Source: Methanothrix sp.
GTDB taxonomy: Archaea > Halobacteriota > Methanosarcinia > Methanotrichales > Methanotrichaceae
Assembly (NCBI GenBank): GCA_963682135.1
Contig: OY821645.1
Span: forward strand, 288,001 to 352,000
Reading direction: 5' to 3'
Length of the DNA: 64,000 nt
Both the position numbers and the translations under genes were made by a program. Position 1 is the first letter of the stretch. Every line of letters begins with the position of its first letter. The notes beneath the pieces were generated by a model. That model did not search any database and had not been told where the DNA came from. It worked only from the letters and a program-made list of their open reading frames with translations. Below, piece by piece: positions 1-10,362 of this stretch.

Positions 1-1306
1 TTGCGCCGATTATCACCAGGTCCAGAGTCTCCATAACCGGCTTAATCTTCAGCCAGTTCTTGCCCCTCTTTCCCGGAGCGTAAACTGAGGCGGGATTCTT
101 TAAGATAATTCCTTCATGGCCGGCAGCCAGAGCATGACGGTAGATATCTTCCACAGCTTCAACGCTGCCGGACAGAACCTGACCGGCAAGAAGATTGGGA
201 CTGGCAATCTTCTCCAGGAGTTGTCGTCTCTCGGAAAGGGGCAGATCTGTCACGCTCCTCTCATCCAAATAGATCAAATCGAAAAGGAAAAGGCGTAACG
301 GAATCTGAGCGGCAAGCTTTTCTACATTGTATTTTCTGCGAAACCGTTTCAAGATATCCTGAAAGGCCATGGGCCGGCCGTCTTTGCCGATGGCCACTGC
401 TTCTCCATCCATTATGGCACTCTTGGCGGTTATCTCTCTGGCAGCCGAGACAATCTCCGGCAGAGATGCCGTCACATTCTCCAAGCGCCGCGAGAATACT
501 GCAACATGGTCTCCGTCTTTATGGATCTGAACCCGAGCGCCGTCATACTTCCACTCGATAGCAGCAGTGCCGATCTCCCCCAGAGCCGACGCAATGCTCT
601 CGCCGAGCTGTGCCAGCATCATCTTGATGGGGTGATTGATCATGACCGATAGATCCGCCAGAGTGCCTTGCCTGGCGTTTCTTGCCACCAGGCCCATATC
701 GTTGGTTAGGTTATAGGCCTGTTCTACAGTATCCGCATCTACCCCGCTCTTGGAGAATGCCCGGGCGACAGCATCCCGCATGCCACCTTCACCAATGCCG
801 ATCCTCATGTCCTCAATGGCCAGGCGGGCGATATACCTGGCCTCCAGAGGGCCGGCCAGGCTGAATAGAAATTGCAGGTTCTTGACTTTGATATCCTGGC
901 TTTTCTTGCCGGAAGCGCGAGCTGTTGCCACAAATCGCTCATAAACTTGCGCAATGGTGAGCGGCTCTGCTTCTTGGAAGGCGGCAAAGCCAATCGGTCT
1001 TCTCTTCTCTACAACGCCGGCGGCCACCAGTCCCGGATCACCGGTGGCACGAAGCATCTGTGAGATCTGCTCGGCCGGGCAGCCACAGGCTTTCGCCAGG
1101 GCCTCGTAGAGGATGCTGGGCCCCACGCCCATTACCAGATTCTGGCTGGGGGGAAAGAGCGTGCCCATGACAAAGCTACAGGCCACAGAGAGTTCAGACT
1201 CATCCAGGCCTGATAGGAATGCTGCGACTAGGTCGATCTTCTCCAGGGAGCCGGATACGGCCTCAACCTTCTGGCAGAGCTGTGCAAAGGCAAGAAAGCT
1301 GGTCAT
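1..1306 (-). CDS. lig: ATP-dependent DNA ligase (N-terminal part; runs off the window edge)
   Basis: Not in the ORF track because it has no stop inside the window. Manual translation from the ATG at 1306 (MTSFLAFAQLCQKVEAVSGSLEKID...) gives KMMLAQ and the adenylation motif EWKYDGARVQIHK, followed by VFSRRLENVT. Confidence 0.95.
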   Translation of the reverse strand, partial: MTSFLAFAQLCQKVEAVSGSLEKIDLVAAFLSGLDESELSVACSFVMGTLFPPSQNLVMGVGPSILYEALAKACGCPAEQISQMLRATGDPGLVAAGVVEKRRPIGFAAFQEAEPLTIAQVYERFVATARASGKKSQDIKVKNLQFLFSLAGPLEARYIARLAIEDMRIGIGEGGMRDAVARAFSKSGVDADTVEQAYNLTNDMGLVARNARQGTLADLSVMINHPIKMMLAQLGESIASALGEIGTAAIEWKYDGARVQIHKDGDHVAVFSRRLENVTASLPEIVSAAREITAKSAIMDGEAVAIGKDGRPMAFQDILKRFRRKYNVEKLAAQIPLRLFLFDLIYLDERSVTDLPLSERRQLLEKIASPNLLAGQVLSGSVEAVEDIYRHALAAGHEGIILKNPASVYAPGKRGKNWLKIKPVMETLDLVIIGA

Positions 1307-2314
1307 TTAGAATATGGCGTCGATGCGTTTCGTCCGGTAGATGCTGATGATGTCGGTCAGAATGGCGGAAGCAGTCTCGATGGATCCGGCGCCTAGGCCA
1401 GTTACAGTTATGGTTCCAGATAGATCGGTGTAGATTGCCGCGGAGTTCAGGGTTCCAGACACCGCTATGGGGCTGCCCAGCGGCACCAGAGTGGGTCGCA
1501 CAGTGAGGGCAGGCACATCACCGATGAGCTTGATGGCATAACCGCGCTTCTTGGCCAGAGCCAGGGCCTCGGGTGTGACGCCGGTAATGCCGGTCACATC
1601 CACGTCGCTGTACTTGATGTTCATGTTGAAGAGCGAATTGGCCAGGATGACTACCTTTCCGGCAGTGTCCACCCCCTCAACATCATAACTGGGATCAGCC
1701 TCGGCGATTCCCATGTCCTGGGCCTCGCTCAGAGCATGAGCGTAGGGTATGCCCTCCTCAGTCATACGGGTGAGGATATAGTTGCAGGTGCCGTTGAATA
1801 TTCCCCTGATGCCGAAGATGGTGTTGCCCACCAGGGTGCGTTCCACCAGGCTGATGAGGGGCATGGTGCCGCCCACGGTTGCTTCAAACTTCATCATCAC
1901 GCCGTTGTCCTCAGCCAGCTTTTTCAGGCGGCTGTAGGAGACTACCAGCGGTCCTTTGTTGGAGGTGACGACATGCTTGCCGCTGGAGAGGGCAGCTTCC
2001 ATGTGACCAAGGCCAGGTTGACCGTGTACGATGTTGGTAGGAGTGACCTCTATCACCAGATCGGAATCGATGGCAGATATGGCCTCTTTGCCCTTCATGC
2101 TGGTGGTGGCCACATTGGCCAGCGTCTTCTCACCCAGAATCCTATCCGCATCCACACCATCTTCCGCCATAACGGTACCGGTGTGATCGGTGACGCTGAT
2201 CAGCTTGAGATTCAAACCCATATCCTTGAGCATCTTCTTCTTTCGATTGAGAACGTCTACCACGCCGTGGCCGACGATGCCGTAGCCCACCAGGGAAACT
2301 TTGATGTCCCTCAT
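1307..2314 (-). CDS. hom: Homoserine dehydrogenase
   Basis: Motifs GYGIVG (Rossmann), HVVTSNKGP, FEATVGGTMP, GIFNGTCNYIL and AEADPSYDVEGVDTAGK. Confidence 0.95.
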   Translation of the reverse strand: MRDIKVSLVGYGIVGHGVVDVLNRKKKMLKDMGLNLKLISVTDHTGTVMAEDGVDADRILGEKTLANVATTSMKGKEAISAIDSDLVIEVTPTNIVHGQPGLGHMEAALSSGKHVVTSNKGPLVVSYSRLKKLAEDNGVMMKFEATVGGTMPLISLVERTLVGNTIFGIRGIFNGTCNYILTRMTEEGIPYAHALSEAQDMGIAEADPSYDVEGVDTAGKVVILANSLFNMNIKYSDVDVTGITGVTPEALALAKKRGYAIKLIGDVPALTVRPTLVPLGSPIAVSGTLNSAAIYTDLSGTITVTGLGAGSIETASAILTDIISIYRTKRIDAIF

Positions 2315-2316
2315 AT

Positions 2317-2823
2317 TCAGACCGCCTCCGCTTCTATCGGCTCAATAACAAGCAACTTCTTCTCTGCTCCTACTTCGCGCAGGATGGCCAATGCCTTCTG
2401 AATCTCGGCCTTTCCGGTGGCCCGGATCTTGAGATAGGCGGAAGACGGCTCATCCACACCGGTCATGGTCAAAGAAACATCCATGACCTCGGCAAAGCCG
2501 GTGGAGTCGATGCGGTTTACGGTATCACCCAGATCGCTGTGCAGCACATGGCCTACGAGCACCACTGAGACGGCCTCGATGAGGCGGTCTTCGCCGGCTC
2601 GCACAACGGAGATGCCGCACTCCTTGAGCTTGGCGTTGACGGTCTCGATCTTGGTCCGGTCCATCTCCACTACGAAGCGAACCGGGATCATGCCGCGAGG
2701 TGTCTTTCTGTCCCTGTGATGAACCACGCTGATGATATTGGCCTTATTGTCCCTAAAGGGCTGCAAAGCCAGAAGAAGCTGACCTGGTATATCCTGTAGC
2801 TCTAAATCCATGGAAAGTCGCAT
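2317..2823 (-). CDS. ACT-domain protein (putative allosteric subunit of homoserine dehydrogenase)
   Basis: MRLSMDLELQDIPGQL...ANIISVVH ACT signature; lies directly upstream of hom. Confidence 0.85.
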   Translation of the reverse strand: MRLSMDLELQDIPGQLLLALQPFRDNKANIISVVHHRDRKTPRGMIPVRFVVEMDRTKIETVNAKLKECGISVVRAGEDRLIEAVSVVLVGHVLHSDLGDTVNRIDSTGFAEVMDVSLTMTGVDEPSSAYLKIRATGKAEIQKALAILREVGAEKKLLVIEPIEAEAV

Positions 2824-3015
2824 AGCATTCCTCATAATCTGATGAGGGTGTGGTTTATGTGATGGGAAATAAAGGTTGTGCAGAGACAATGCAAAAACCG
2901 ATGGCCAACATCTCCTCTGAGTCCTAATGATTGCATTTGACGGAAGGTTTATTGTAATTTTAAAATTTTATATACACTTTCGCACTGCATGGATTAGGGA
3001 CATATATGAGCAAAT

Positions 3016-3915
3016 ATGAATATACACTTGATGAAAAGGCTAATTGCATACGTATCGGGAAGTGTTCAAAAATCCGGTTATCGGTCCAAGGTCATAGACA
3101 TAGCGAAGCGTTTTGAAATAAAAGGCCATATAGAAAATCTTGCCGATGGCAGGGTCCTGATAATAGCCGAAGGTGAAGAAAACGACCTGGAGAGATTTGC
3201 GAAAGCCATTGTCATCCAAAACACCATCATCAATGTTACGGGTATTGAGAAGGAATACAAGACAGCTACAGGTGAATACAAGAGCTTTGCCAAATTGGTG
3301 GAAAGCGGAGAGACGGATTCACGACTTGACGCCGCCGTAGATCAATTAAAAGCGCTCATAGTCGTAACTAAAGAGGGTGTAGATGTAAGCCGAGAGATTC
3401 TAGCAGTAACATTGGAGAACCTGTCAGTTGGAAAAGAGACACTTGCGGTTAGCAAGGAGACACTTGCGGTTAGTAAGGAGACACTTGCGGTTAGTAAGGA
3501 GACACTTGCGGTTAGTAAGGAGACACTTGCGGTTAGTAAGGAGACACTTGCGGTTAGTAAGGAGACACTTGAGGTTAGTAAATCCGGCTTTTATGAGATC
3601 AATAGCAAACTCGATTGCATGCTTTCAAAACAAGACTTGATGATAAGCAGGCAAGATTTGCAGCTAGACAAAACCGATCTGATCCATGACAAGCAGGATG
3701 GAACAATGGATATGTTGGGCAAAGTGATAGAAAGACAAGATATTATGATTGAAAAGCAAGACGAGCTGGTGGAGAAAATGGATGAGTCCAAAAAGGAGAT
3801 CGTTAAGGAGACCAGGGATTTGCGTAAAGATCTGAAACCGAGCTTGGAGGACAGACTATTCCGAATCGAGAATGATATAGCTCAAATTAAAGCCAAGATT
3901 GGGCTTGAGAAGTAG
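3016..3915 (+). CDS. Acylphosphatase-domain protein with a long coiled-coil C-terminal extension
   Basis: N-terminal VSGSVQKSGYR...GHIENLADGRVLIIAEG acylphosphatase motifs, followed by a heptad-repeat tail. Confidence 0.85.
   Translation: MNIHLMKRLIAYVSGSVQKSGYRSKVIDIAKRFEIKGHIENLADGRVLIIAEGEENDLERFAKAIVIQNTIINVTGIEKEYKTATGEYKSFAKLVESGETDSRLDAAVDQLKALIVVTKEGVDVSREILAVTLENLSVGKETLAVSKETLAVSKETLAVSKETLAVSKETLAVSKETLAVSKETLEVSKSGFYEINSKLDCMLSKQDLMISRQDLQLDKTDLIHDKQDGTMDMLGKVIERQDIMIEKQDELVEKMDESKKEIVKETRDLRKDLKPSLEDRLFRIENDIAQIKAKIGLEK
3433..3579 (+). repeat. 21-bp tandem repeat x7 encoding KETLAVS
   Basis: aaggagacacttgcggttagt repeated in frame. Confidence 0.95.
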
Positions 3916-4300
3916 GCGGAAGATGGCTCGTCCACACCGGTCATGGTTAGAGAAACGTCCTTGTGCTCGGAAAGCCGGTGGAGTCGATGCGGTTTACGGT
4001 ATCTCCCAGATCGCTATGCAGAACATGGCCTACCATCACCACTGAGACGGCCTCAATGAGGCAGTCTTCGCCGGCTCGCACAACGGAGATGCCGCACTCC
4101 TTGAGCTTGGCGTTGACGGATTCGATCTTGCTGCGGTCCATCTCAACAACGAAGCGAACCGGGATCATGCCGCGAGGTGTCTTTCTGTCCCTATGATGAA
4201 CCACGCTGATGATATTGGCCTTGTTGTCCCTGAAGGGCTGCAAAGCTAGGAGAAGTTGACCTGGTATATCCTGTAGCTCTAAATCCATGGAAAGTCGCAT
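3904..4300 (-). pseudogene. Truncated, frameshifted duplicate of the ACT-domain gene
   Basis: Near-identical to 2428-2823. A 1-nt deletion near 3970 (ctcggaaagcc vs ctcggcaaagcc) shifts the frame, and the 3' end is missing. Confidence 0.85.
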
Positions 4301-4910
4301 GCATTCCTCATAATATGATAGACGTGTGCTTCGCCTGATGGCAAATAAACCTTGTGTAGATGAGATAGCTATTTCTGTGGTAAGAGGATGATTAATTTTA
4401 TGCAGTAGGTCGAAGAAGTAATGACCATAATCGTCTTGCGCTCGTCTCGGATATAGACCTGCGACCTTTTGCTGAGGCTGAAGACAATATGGATCTCATT
4501 CTATCCTTTTATCTTGCTGCAAATAGCAAAGATGATGGTTTGCTGTTGCAGTTCAAGCTGAAGGCTATAAAGAGAGCCCTGCTCGCAGATCTCCGGAAGA
4601 CTTTCTGAAGACCTTGGATATAATCAAGCCCGGAGAGGGCTGCCTACCGCATAGTTGAGGCGGATAAAGCACAGGAGGAAAGCCGAGTTAATCATCTTGC
4701 TTCTCCAGCGGCTTTGCCCTGCCTTCGATGATATGCAAAAATGCCACTTTGCCCATGAAAGATGGAAGGGCAGATGCGGGCCATGAGCCTGGAGAGGCTT
4801 TGCTAGCAGGCAGAAAGGACATAACTGAAGTGACAATAGACGATGGCGATAAATTTCTGGGGATATCTGAGGAATTGATGGAACGGGCCTTTTGCTCTTG
4901 CTTCCCCAAT

Positions 4911-5864
4911 TGCTGTGTTGATTAATTGAATCTGAACCTAATGTTGAAATCAAATGATTTAACATATTTAGTCATAAGCTCAAAATTATACTATAAAACG
5001 CGAGCATCCTCCATACTTCATTGAATATTTGCTCAGTTGAGGTTGCTCTTACAGTCTCACCAAAGATTCGCTAATCGCCGAGAAAACGCTTTCTACAGCC
5101 CATCTTCTATATTGATGCACTATTCTGGAACTGCAGAACCGATTCAGCCCTTTCAGATCCTGCTTTGACAACCGCGTTCTTCTTTATTTTTATTCCAGGT
5201 AGTTTCACACCTTTTTGCTTTTGAATTTGAACACATCTTCTTTGTCATAAGCTCCGTCCATCAGAGCATCTTCCAGGTTTATATTTTCGAGAAGCGGCTT
5301 TGCCATTTCATGATCAGCAGTCTCCTCATCAGTTATCTCGAAAGTTATCGGCTTTCTCGTTTTGACGTCCACAACAACATGTACTTTGATCCAACCTCTA
5401 CGTTCGACGCCATGCTTTTCTCTCATCCAATATCCTCTATTTAGTAACCTTCATGCCGGTTGAATCAAGAGCAACTACAATATCATTTTCGGGTATCAAA
5501 ACATTAAGTTGCACTTTCGTGATCCTCTGCCATAGCGTAGTATAATCAGCAGACCTTAGTTCAGGAATAAATCCGCTTAATGCTTGCAGGTAGCCTTCCA
5601 ATTAGCGATACGGAAGACGCAGAAAGGTGTAAATTAGGCCACTGAATTGAATGAATGTCTCTGGAAATTTAAAGGGCTGTCCGTTCTTATCACATCACGG
5701 TTCATATCTTCTAATTCTTCATCCCAATGTTCCAGAAACCGGTGGAGAGATAGAACCAGCCTCTTCTAACCAATTGATCTTTGTATTCAGGCCAGTTTCG
5801 TTTGTCTTCATAAACCATGTTTAATTAATATTTTTACTAAGTATAATAGTTAATCGACACCGCA
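4911..5864 (-). mobile_element. Degenerate IS5-family (IS903-like) insertion sequence with a pseudogenised transposase
   Basis: Imperfect TIRs tgctgtgttgattaa (4911-4925) and ttaatcgacaccgca (5850-5864), 13/15 match. Flanks tccccaat and tctccaat look like a TSD. Transposase fragments RNWPEYKDQLVRRG, VALDSTGMKVT, RGWIKVHVVVD, LMDGAYD and RWAVESVFS are broken by frameshifts and stops. Confidence 0.85.
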
Positions 5865-5974
5865 TCTCCAATTATACTGAGGATATATGCTTTTCTTGCA
5901 GAAGCTAATTCTATTTTTCGATTCTAATGGTCAGGATCCGGAACGAAAGCTAATAGATAAAATATAAAATAGTA

Positions 5975-7918
5975 TTAATCTAATAGATCTAATATCAATT
6001 GACCTAAGCAAACTAATGCAGGTATTGAGAGAAGAAGAGTTGTTTCGAATATAAATAAAGGTAAAATCTTATTAAGATCATATAATATCTCCATATGCAG
6101 TGGAGGAATAGTCCTTATTATCATACCACATATAGATATTATAATTACGGTTGTATATAATATTATAAAATTTTTGATTTTAAATTTTATAGAATTAAGT
6201 TTTTTAACCTTTCTTGCATTGAGATGATGATTTCCCCTATTATTACTATCTCGATTCATTGCTACCATAGCTACAATTGCTAAAATTGCTCCGAAAGTTT
6301 GTGTCATCATGCTGTAATACCAGAATATATAATTATAAATTATCGTTTCATAAATACCGGGGATGCTTTTGGTTATCTCTAGATCTGATGATAACTCAGG
6401 AATAATTAAAATAACAAGCAATGCAAGGACAAGCATGCACACGATAGTCAAATACCATATTTTCCAAGTATTGAAGTCGAATATAATCTGCTCTCGTAGG
6501 GAATTTAGTTGTATTTCTCTAGATTTAGGAAATGATGAAATTATAAAGTAACTTGCATAAGATATAATTAGTGATAAAATAAATAACTCTAAGATGCCAA
6601 CATTTAATGCCAACGTCTTATGAAATACATACATATATATGTACACGATTATTATTACTATCATCGATATTACTACCCTTGACAGATTATTGATATGAAT
6701 CTTAAACATCCCAAACAAGAGTATTAGCACGGCTAATAGAATCGATGCAGGCAATACCAGAGAATTATAGTATTCGGTTTTCGTCTTCCACTCTACTCTA
6801 AGATTCTCATTGAGACTTGATCTAGTTTTTAAGCCGCCTCGGTCTTTTACAATCAAATATAACTCGTCATAATTTCCTATATCTAATTTTTTTGAGATAT
6901 TCATTCCTTCGCCGATTTTGTCTTTGCCGTTAAACCATTCATAGGTCAAATTTTTTCCATTTTCCAAATCATAAGCTTCACATGAGAAAGAAATAGTCTC
7001 ATCGCTTGATAGCTTTTTAAATCCATTTTCGATGGGCCAATTTTCTGTGAAAGACATGCATGTAGACAAAATATCTGGATTATTATTACGTGCATAAATC
7101 CTCAAATTAGGAAAGATCGGTGCTCCATCGGAACGATTAAATCTTATTTGATAGCTCTCTGATTTGAATGAATAGTCACTTGGAAGATCTTTTGCGATTA
7201 GAGCGATATATCCGAATTTAACCGATTCGTTTGGCCTCAAATCGAAATTTTCGTAATTGAAACCTAGGATATTGTCATTGAACTCGCAATTTATACAGGA
7301 TATATTTGAGAAACAAGAGGATATATTCTGCTTAAATCTAATGTCCGTTAATGTGATATTATCTAGGACATTTGGATTTGATAACTCATAAAATACTTCA
7401 ATGGTTCTTTTTTGATTTGACCCACTAATATTCGAATATATATCCAAATTTAATAATATATTATATAAATTAGCATCAGATTCGTCTGAACTTTCGGATT
7501 CATGAAGCCGTTCGCCCTCTATTCCTTTTTTTTCAACCATCGCTTTAGCATCGGGGTCCTTAGATTTGGTTGATGAGCTATCTGACATCGCTTTAGCATC
7601 GGAGTCCTTTGATTTGGTTGATGAGCTACCTGACATCGCTTTAGCATCGGAGTCCTTTGATTTAGTTGATGGGCTACCTGACATCGCTTTAGCATCGGAG
7701 TCCTTTGATTTGGTTGATGAGCTACCTGACATCGCTTTAGCATCGGAGTCCTTTGATTTGGTTGATGAGCCATCTGACATCGCTTTAGCATCAGAATCTC
7801 TTGATTGAGGATTGGAGTCGTGAACATCTGCTTGAGAAATACAATTGGAACAAAAATATAAAATCAAAATGAATGTTATAAAAATTTTGCTTTGAGTGTT
7901 CGATTTTTTAGCAAGCAT
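5975..7918 (-). CDS. Membrane-anchored surface protein with Ser/Lys repeats, a PKD/Ig-like region and multiple C-terminal TM helices
   Basis: Signal-like N-terminus, a PKD-like segment (AYDLENGKNLTYEWF...LIVKDRGG), several hydrophobic segments; AT-rich DNA. Confidence 0.65.
   Translation of the reverse strand: MLAKKSNTQSKIFITFILILYFCSNCISQADVHDSNPQSRDSDAKAMSDGSSTKSKDSDAKAMSGSSSTKSKDSDAKAMSGSPSTKSKDSDAKAMSGSSSTKSKDSDAKAMSDSSSTKSKDPDAKAMVEKKGIEGERLHESESSDESDANLYNILLNLDIYSNISGSNQKRTIEVFYELSNPNVLDNITLTDIRFKQNISSCFSNISCINCEFNDNILGFNYENFDLRPNESVKFGYIALIAKDLPSDYSFKSESYQIRFNRSDGAPIFPNLRIYARNNNPDILSTCMSFTENWPIENGFKKLSSDETISFSCEAYDLENGKNLTYEWFNGKDKIGEGMNISKKLDIGNYDELYLIVKDRGGLKTRSSLNENLRVEWKTKTEYYNSLVLPASILLAVLILLFGMFKIHINNLSRVVISMIVIIIVYIYMYVFHKTLALNVGILELFILSLIISYASYFIISSFPKSREIQLNSLREQIIFDFNTWKIWYLTIVCMLVLALLVILIIPELSSDLEITKSIPGIYETIIYNYIFWYYSMMTQTFGAILAIVAMVAMNRDSNNRGNHHLNARKVKKLNSIKFKIKNFIILYTTVIIISICGMIIRTIPPLHMEILYDLNKILPLFIFETTLLLSIPALVCLGQLILDLLD
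7538..7802 (-). repeat. 48-bp tandem repeat, about 5.5 copies (SKDSDAKAMSGSSSTK)
   Basis: catcgctttagcatc recurs at 48-bp spacing, six times. Confidence 0.9.
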
Positions 7919-9269
7919 TGACTAGCTCCAAATAATCAGAGCAATAATTACCAACTTCCCTTATGTTTAAGCAATTACTTAATTTTGTAATGAAGTTGCC
8001 ACTAAGATTATATCGGTTTCGGTTGATATCTATTCTACTAGAATCTTTCAATCCAATTGCATTAGCACCTAAAAATATATTATTTGTAATGTTCACTATA
8101 CTGCTATTTTTTATGAAAATTCCAGTATTGCCGGATCCTGAATTGATTGGACTGAAGCAATTTTCAGATATATTGGTCTTTTTTGTATTGCATAATTTTA
8201 TTCCAAATCCTAAAACCTCAAACTTATTTCCGATAATTGTGTTATTTATGCCAGTAATATTTAAAGCTACATCGAAGTCTAAAAAACTAATATTTTTAAT
8301 TATACTGTGGTTAGCATTGATGTGAAATCCATCTGGCTCGTTTCCGCTTGTACTCAATGGACGCAGGAATGTTCTATTTTTTCCTTCGCCATTTATTACT
8401 ACATAATTTGTTACATTCACAGGGTTATTAACATAATATACCCCGTCTTTTATCTCAATTTTGCTGATATTATTTTTGTAAGAGTCATTAAGACCATCCT
8501 CTAATTTTGCCCATTTATGCAAATCAGGATAATTAATTGTTAGAGATGAATCGACAACTATCACCGACGACATATTAGCCCCTTGCAGCTCATCGCCTTC
8601 GGATCTCTTATCTGCTTCTGGATTTTCCTCAATATTCGGCTGTTTTTCTGCATCTGACCTTTCCTCTACTGAATGCTCTTCGTCTGCCCTCGGTGTTTCC
8701 CTTATCCAAGGCTGTATTTCTACATCGGACTCATTTTCGTTGGTTTGATTTCTAATCTTACAAATCTTAAGATCATCAATCCAAGCTGATGATACCTTAT
8801 TCCCTTTCTGAGATGTATCTCGCAATCTATAGTCGAACGTAATTATATAATCACCATCATCAACCTCAAGACTCTCATTTCCCCAATTATAATTCCATTG
8901 CTTTGAATCATAAACCATAAATATTGTATTTTTATTATCATAAACGACCAATTCCAATGATGGGTCGAAATCTCTTTTCCACCAGAAATCGATTTTAGCT
9001 GGTCCAACAACATGCCTTGACGCAAAACTTGATGTCCCATTTGGTGGAACTAACATTAATGATTGAGTTCCTTCATGGCTTTGTTTTTTATCCAAAGAGC
9101 AAGCACCTTGATACGAGAAATTCCATCCTTGACCAAAGCTTTTTTCGAAATTGAATTCTTCGCACGCTATTGCCATGGGTGCGAATAACGTTAATCCAAA
9201 CACTATTATATAAATATATTTTAAAAAGTTCATACCAATAAACGTCCCCATAAAATACCCTTCCCCCAT
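7908..9269 (-). CDS. Secreted protein with a C-terminal right-handed parallel beta-helix (NosD/pectin-lyase-like)
   Basis: Signal peptide; repeated GIxLxNS/NITNN beta-helix rungs; N-terminal beta-sandwich-like region ending AWIDDLKI. Confidence 0.7.
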   Translation of the reverse strand: MGEGYFMGTFIGMNFLKYIYIIVFGLTLFAPMAIACEEFNFEKSFGQGWNFSYQGACSLDKKQSHEGTQSLMLVPPNGTSSFASRHVVGPAKIDFWWKRDFDPSLELVVYDNKNTIFMVYDSKQWNYNWGNESLEVDDGDYIITFDYRLRDTSQKGNKVSSAWIDDLKICKIRNQTNENESDVEIQPWIRETPRADEEHSVEERSDAEKQPNIEENPEADKRSEGDELQGANMSSVIVVDSSLTINYPDLHKWAKLEDGLNDSYKNNISKIEIKDGVYYVNNPVNVTNYVVINGEGKNRTFLRPLSTSGNEPDGFHINANHSIIKNISFLDFDVALNITGINNTIIGNKFEVLGFGIKLCNTKKTNISENCFSPINSGSGNTGIFIKNSSIVNITNNIFLGANAIGLKDSSRIDINRNRYNLSGNFITKLSNCLNIREVGNYCSDYLELVNAC

Positions 9270-9556
9270 ACGTTTCAAATGTTGTTCTCCGAGTATCAAA
9301 GCTATCTCAAAGATCTCAAATAAATAGCTTCCTGTAGTCCTGGATCAGTGGAGGAGTGATTACGAGAATGTCCATGTGCTGCCGCGGAAGACGCAAATAG
9401 GCAGATGATTAAAACCTAAGTTGAATACGTGGGACCTTTCTACCCGCAGCAAAGCGGTAAGATATTATTGGTAAATCCATTCGCAGTATTTAATATTAAA
9501 TTATGATCTGGTGTGCGGCCATTTGACTTTCTTTATTTCTAAGACATCTCCGGCAT

Positions 9557-10360
9557 TTAAAAAAAAACGTGTACAGAAAGATAGCATGGGCCGACTTGAG
9601 ATGCGATTGCATATAACCACGCCGCCCCCCTCATCTCCTCGTCTCCCGGCACCCTCGCGAGCCCCAACCTCCTCGCCAGCAGCGCAGCCTTTTCCCGCCC
9701 GAAGTAGATCTCCATGCCTTTGAGGCGCAGCAGAAGAAGAAACAGCTCCTCCTCAGGCCGAGCAGACTTAAAGAGCCCTTCCAGTTCTTTCTTAGCCTGA
9801 TCATCTTCGTCGAGCCTCGATCTAAAATCCGCTATCCTGGCTCTCAGTTTTTTATCCGCAGAGCATATCGGAAAATCATTAATCTTTCTCTGCTCTTCGC
9901 ATTTGATCAGATTCATTTTAGTCAGGTAAAGTGCAGCCACGCATACCCGCGGCTTTACAGAATGGATGCGACATCCCGGCAAGCTGAAGTCAAAAAAAGG
10001 ACAGGGCTCGCCCTCCTTTTTGCCGAGCATCCTGGCCGATCCCACTATTTCGCTCTTCAGATCATGAGGCCTTGTGTAGTCTCTCATAAAACTCTTCAGG
10101 CTCAGGCCCAGATGCCGGGCAAGCCTGCGGCAGTCATCGATGGAGACAGCAATTCCCTTTTCTTCCAGACAGCACCGGCCGCATCTCTCGCAAACGGACA
10201 GCAAGTGCAATGCTGTGTTTGACAGAAAATAGGGCTCGAATTCCGGGGAGATCATCTCATCCATCTCCTCCTTGACCAACTCCAGGTTTTTCAGCCCTCC
10301 TTGCGGTACGAGTTTTTGCAAAGCCTGCATGGCCCTTACGCCGCGATCAATTTCTTCCAT
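9557..10360 (-). CDS. YkgJ-family cysteine-cluster (CxxCxxCC) protein
   Basis: CERCGRCC...CPFF...CRIHSVKPRVC. Confidence 0.85.
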   Translation of the reverse strand: MEEIDRGVRAMQALQKLVPQGGLKNLELVKEEMDEMISPEFEPYFLSNTALHLLSVCERCGRCCLEEKGIAVSIDDCRRLARHLGLSLKSFMRDYTRPHDLKSEIVGSARMLGKKEGEPCPFFDFSLPGCRIHSVKPRVCVAALYLTKMNLIKCEEQRKINDFPICSADKKLRARIADFRSRLDEDDQAKKELEGLFKSARPEEELFLLLLRLKGMEIYFGREKAALLARRLGLARVPGDEEMRGAAWLYAIASQVGPCYLSVHVFF

Positions 10361-10362
10361 TC

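Noticed and set aside
4380-4900. Possible gene remnant left of the IS
   Set aside because: No frame gave a recognisable protein; it needs BLASTx.
3433-7802. CRISPR array at the 21-bp or 48-bp repeats
   Set aside because: Both are contiguous in-frame coding repeats without unique spacers, and there are no cas genes.
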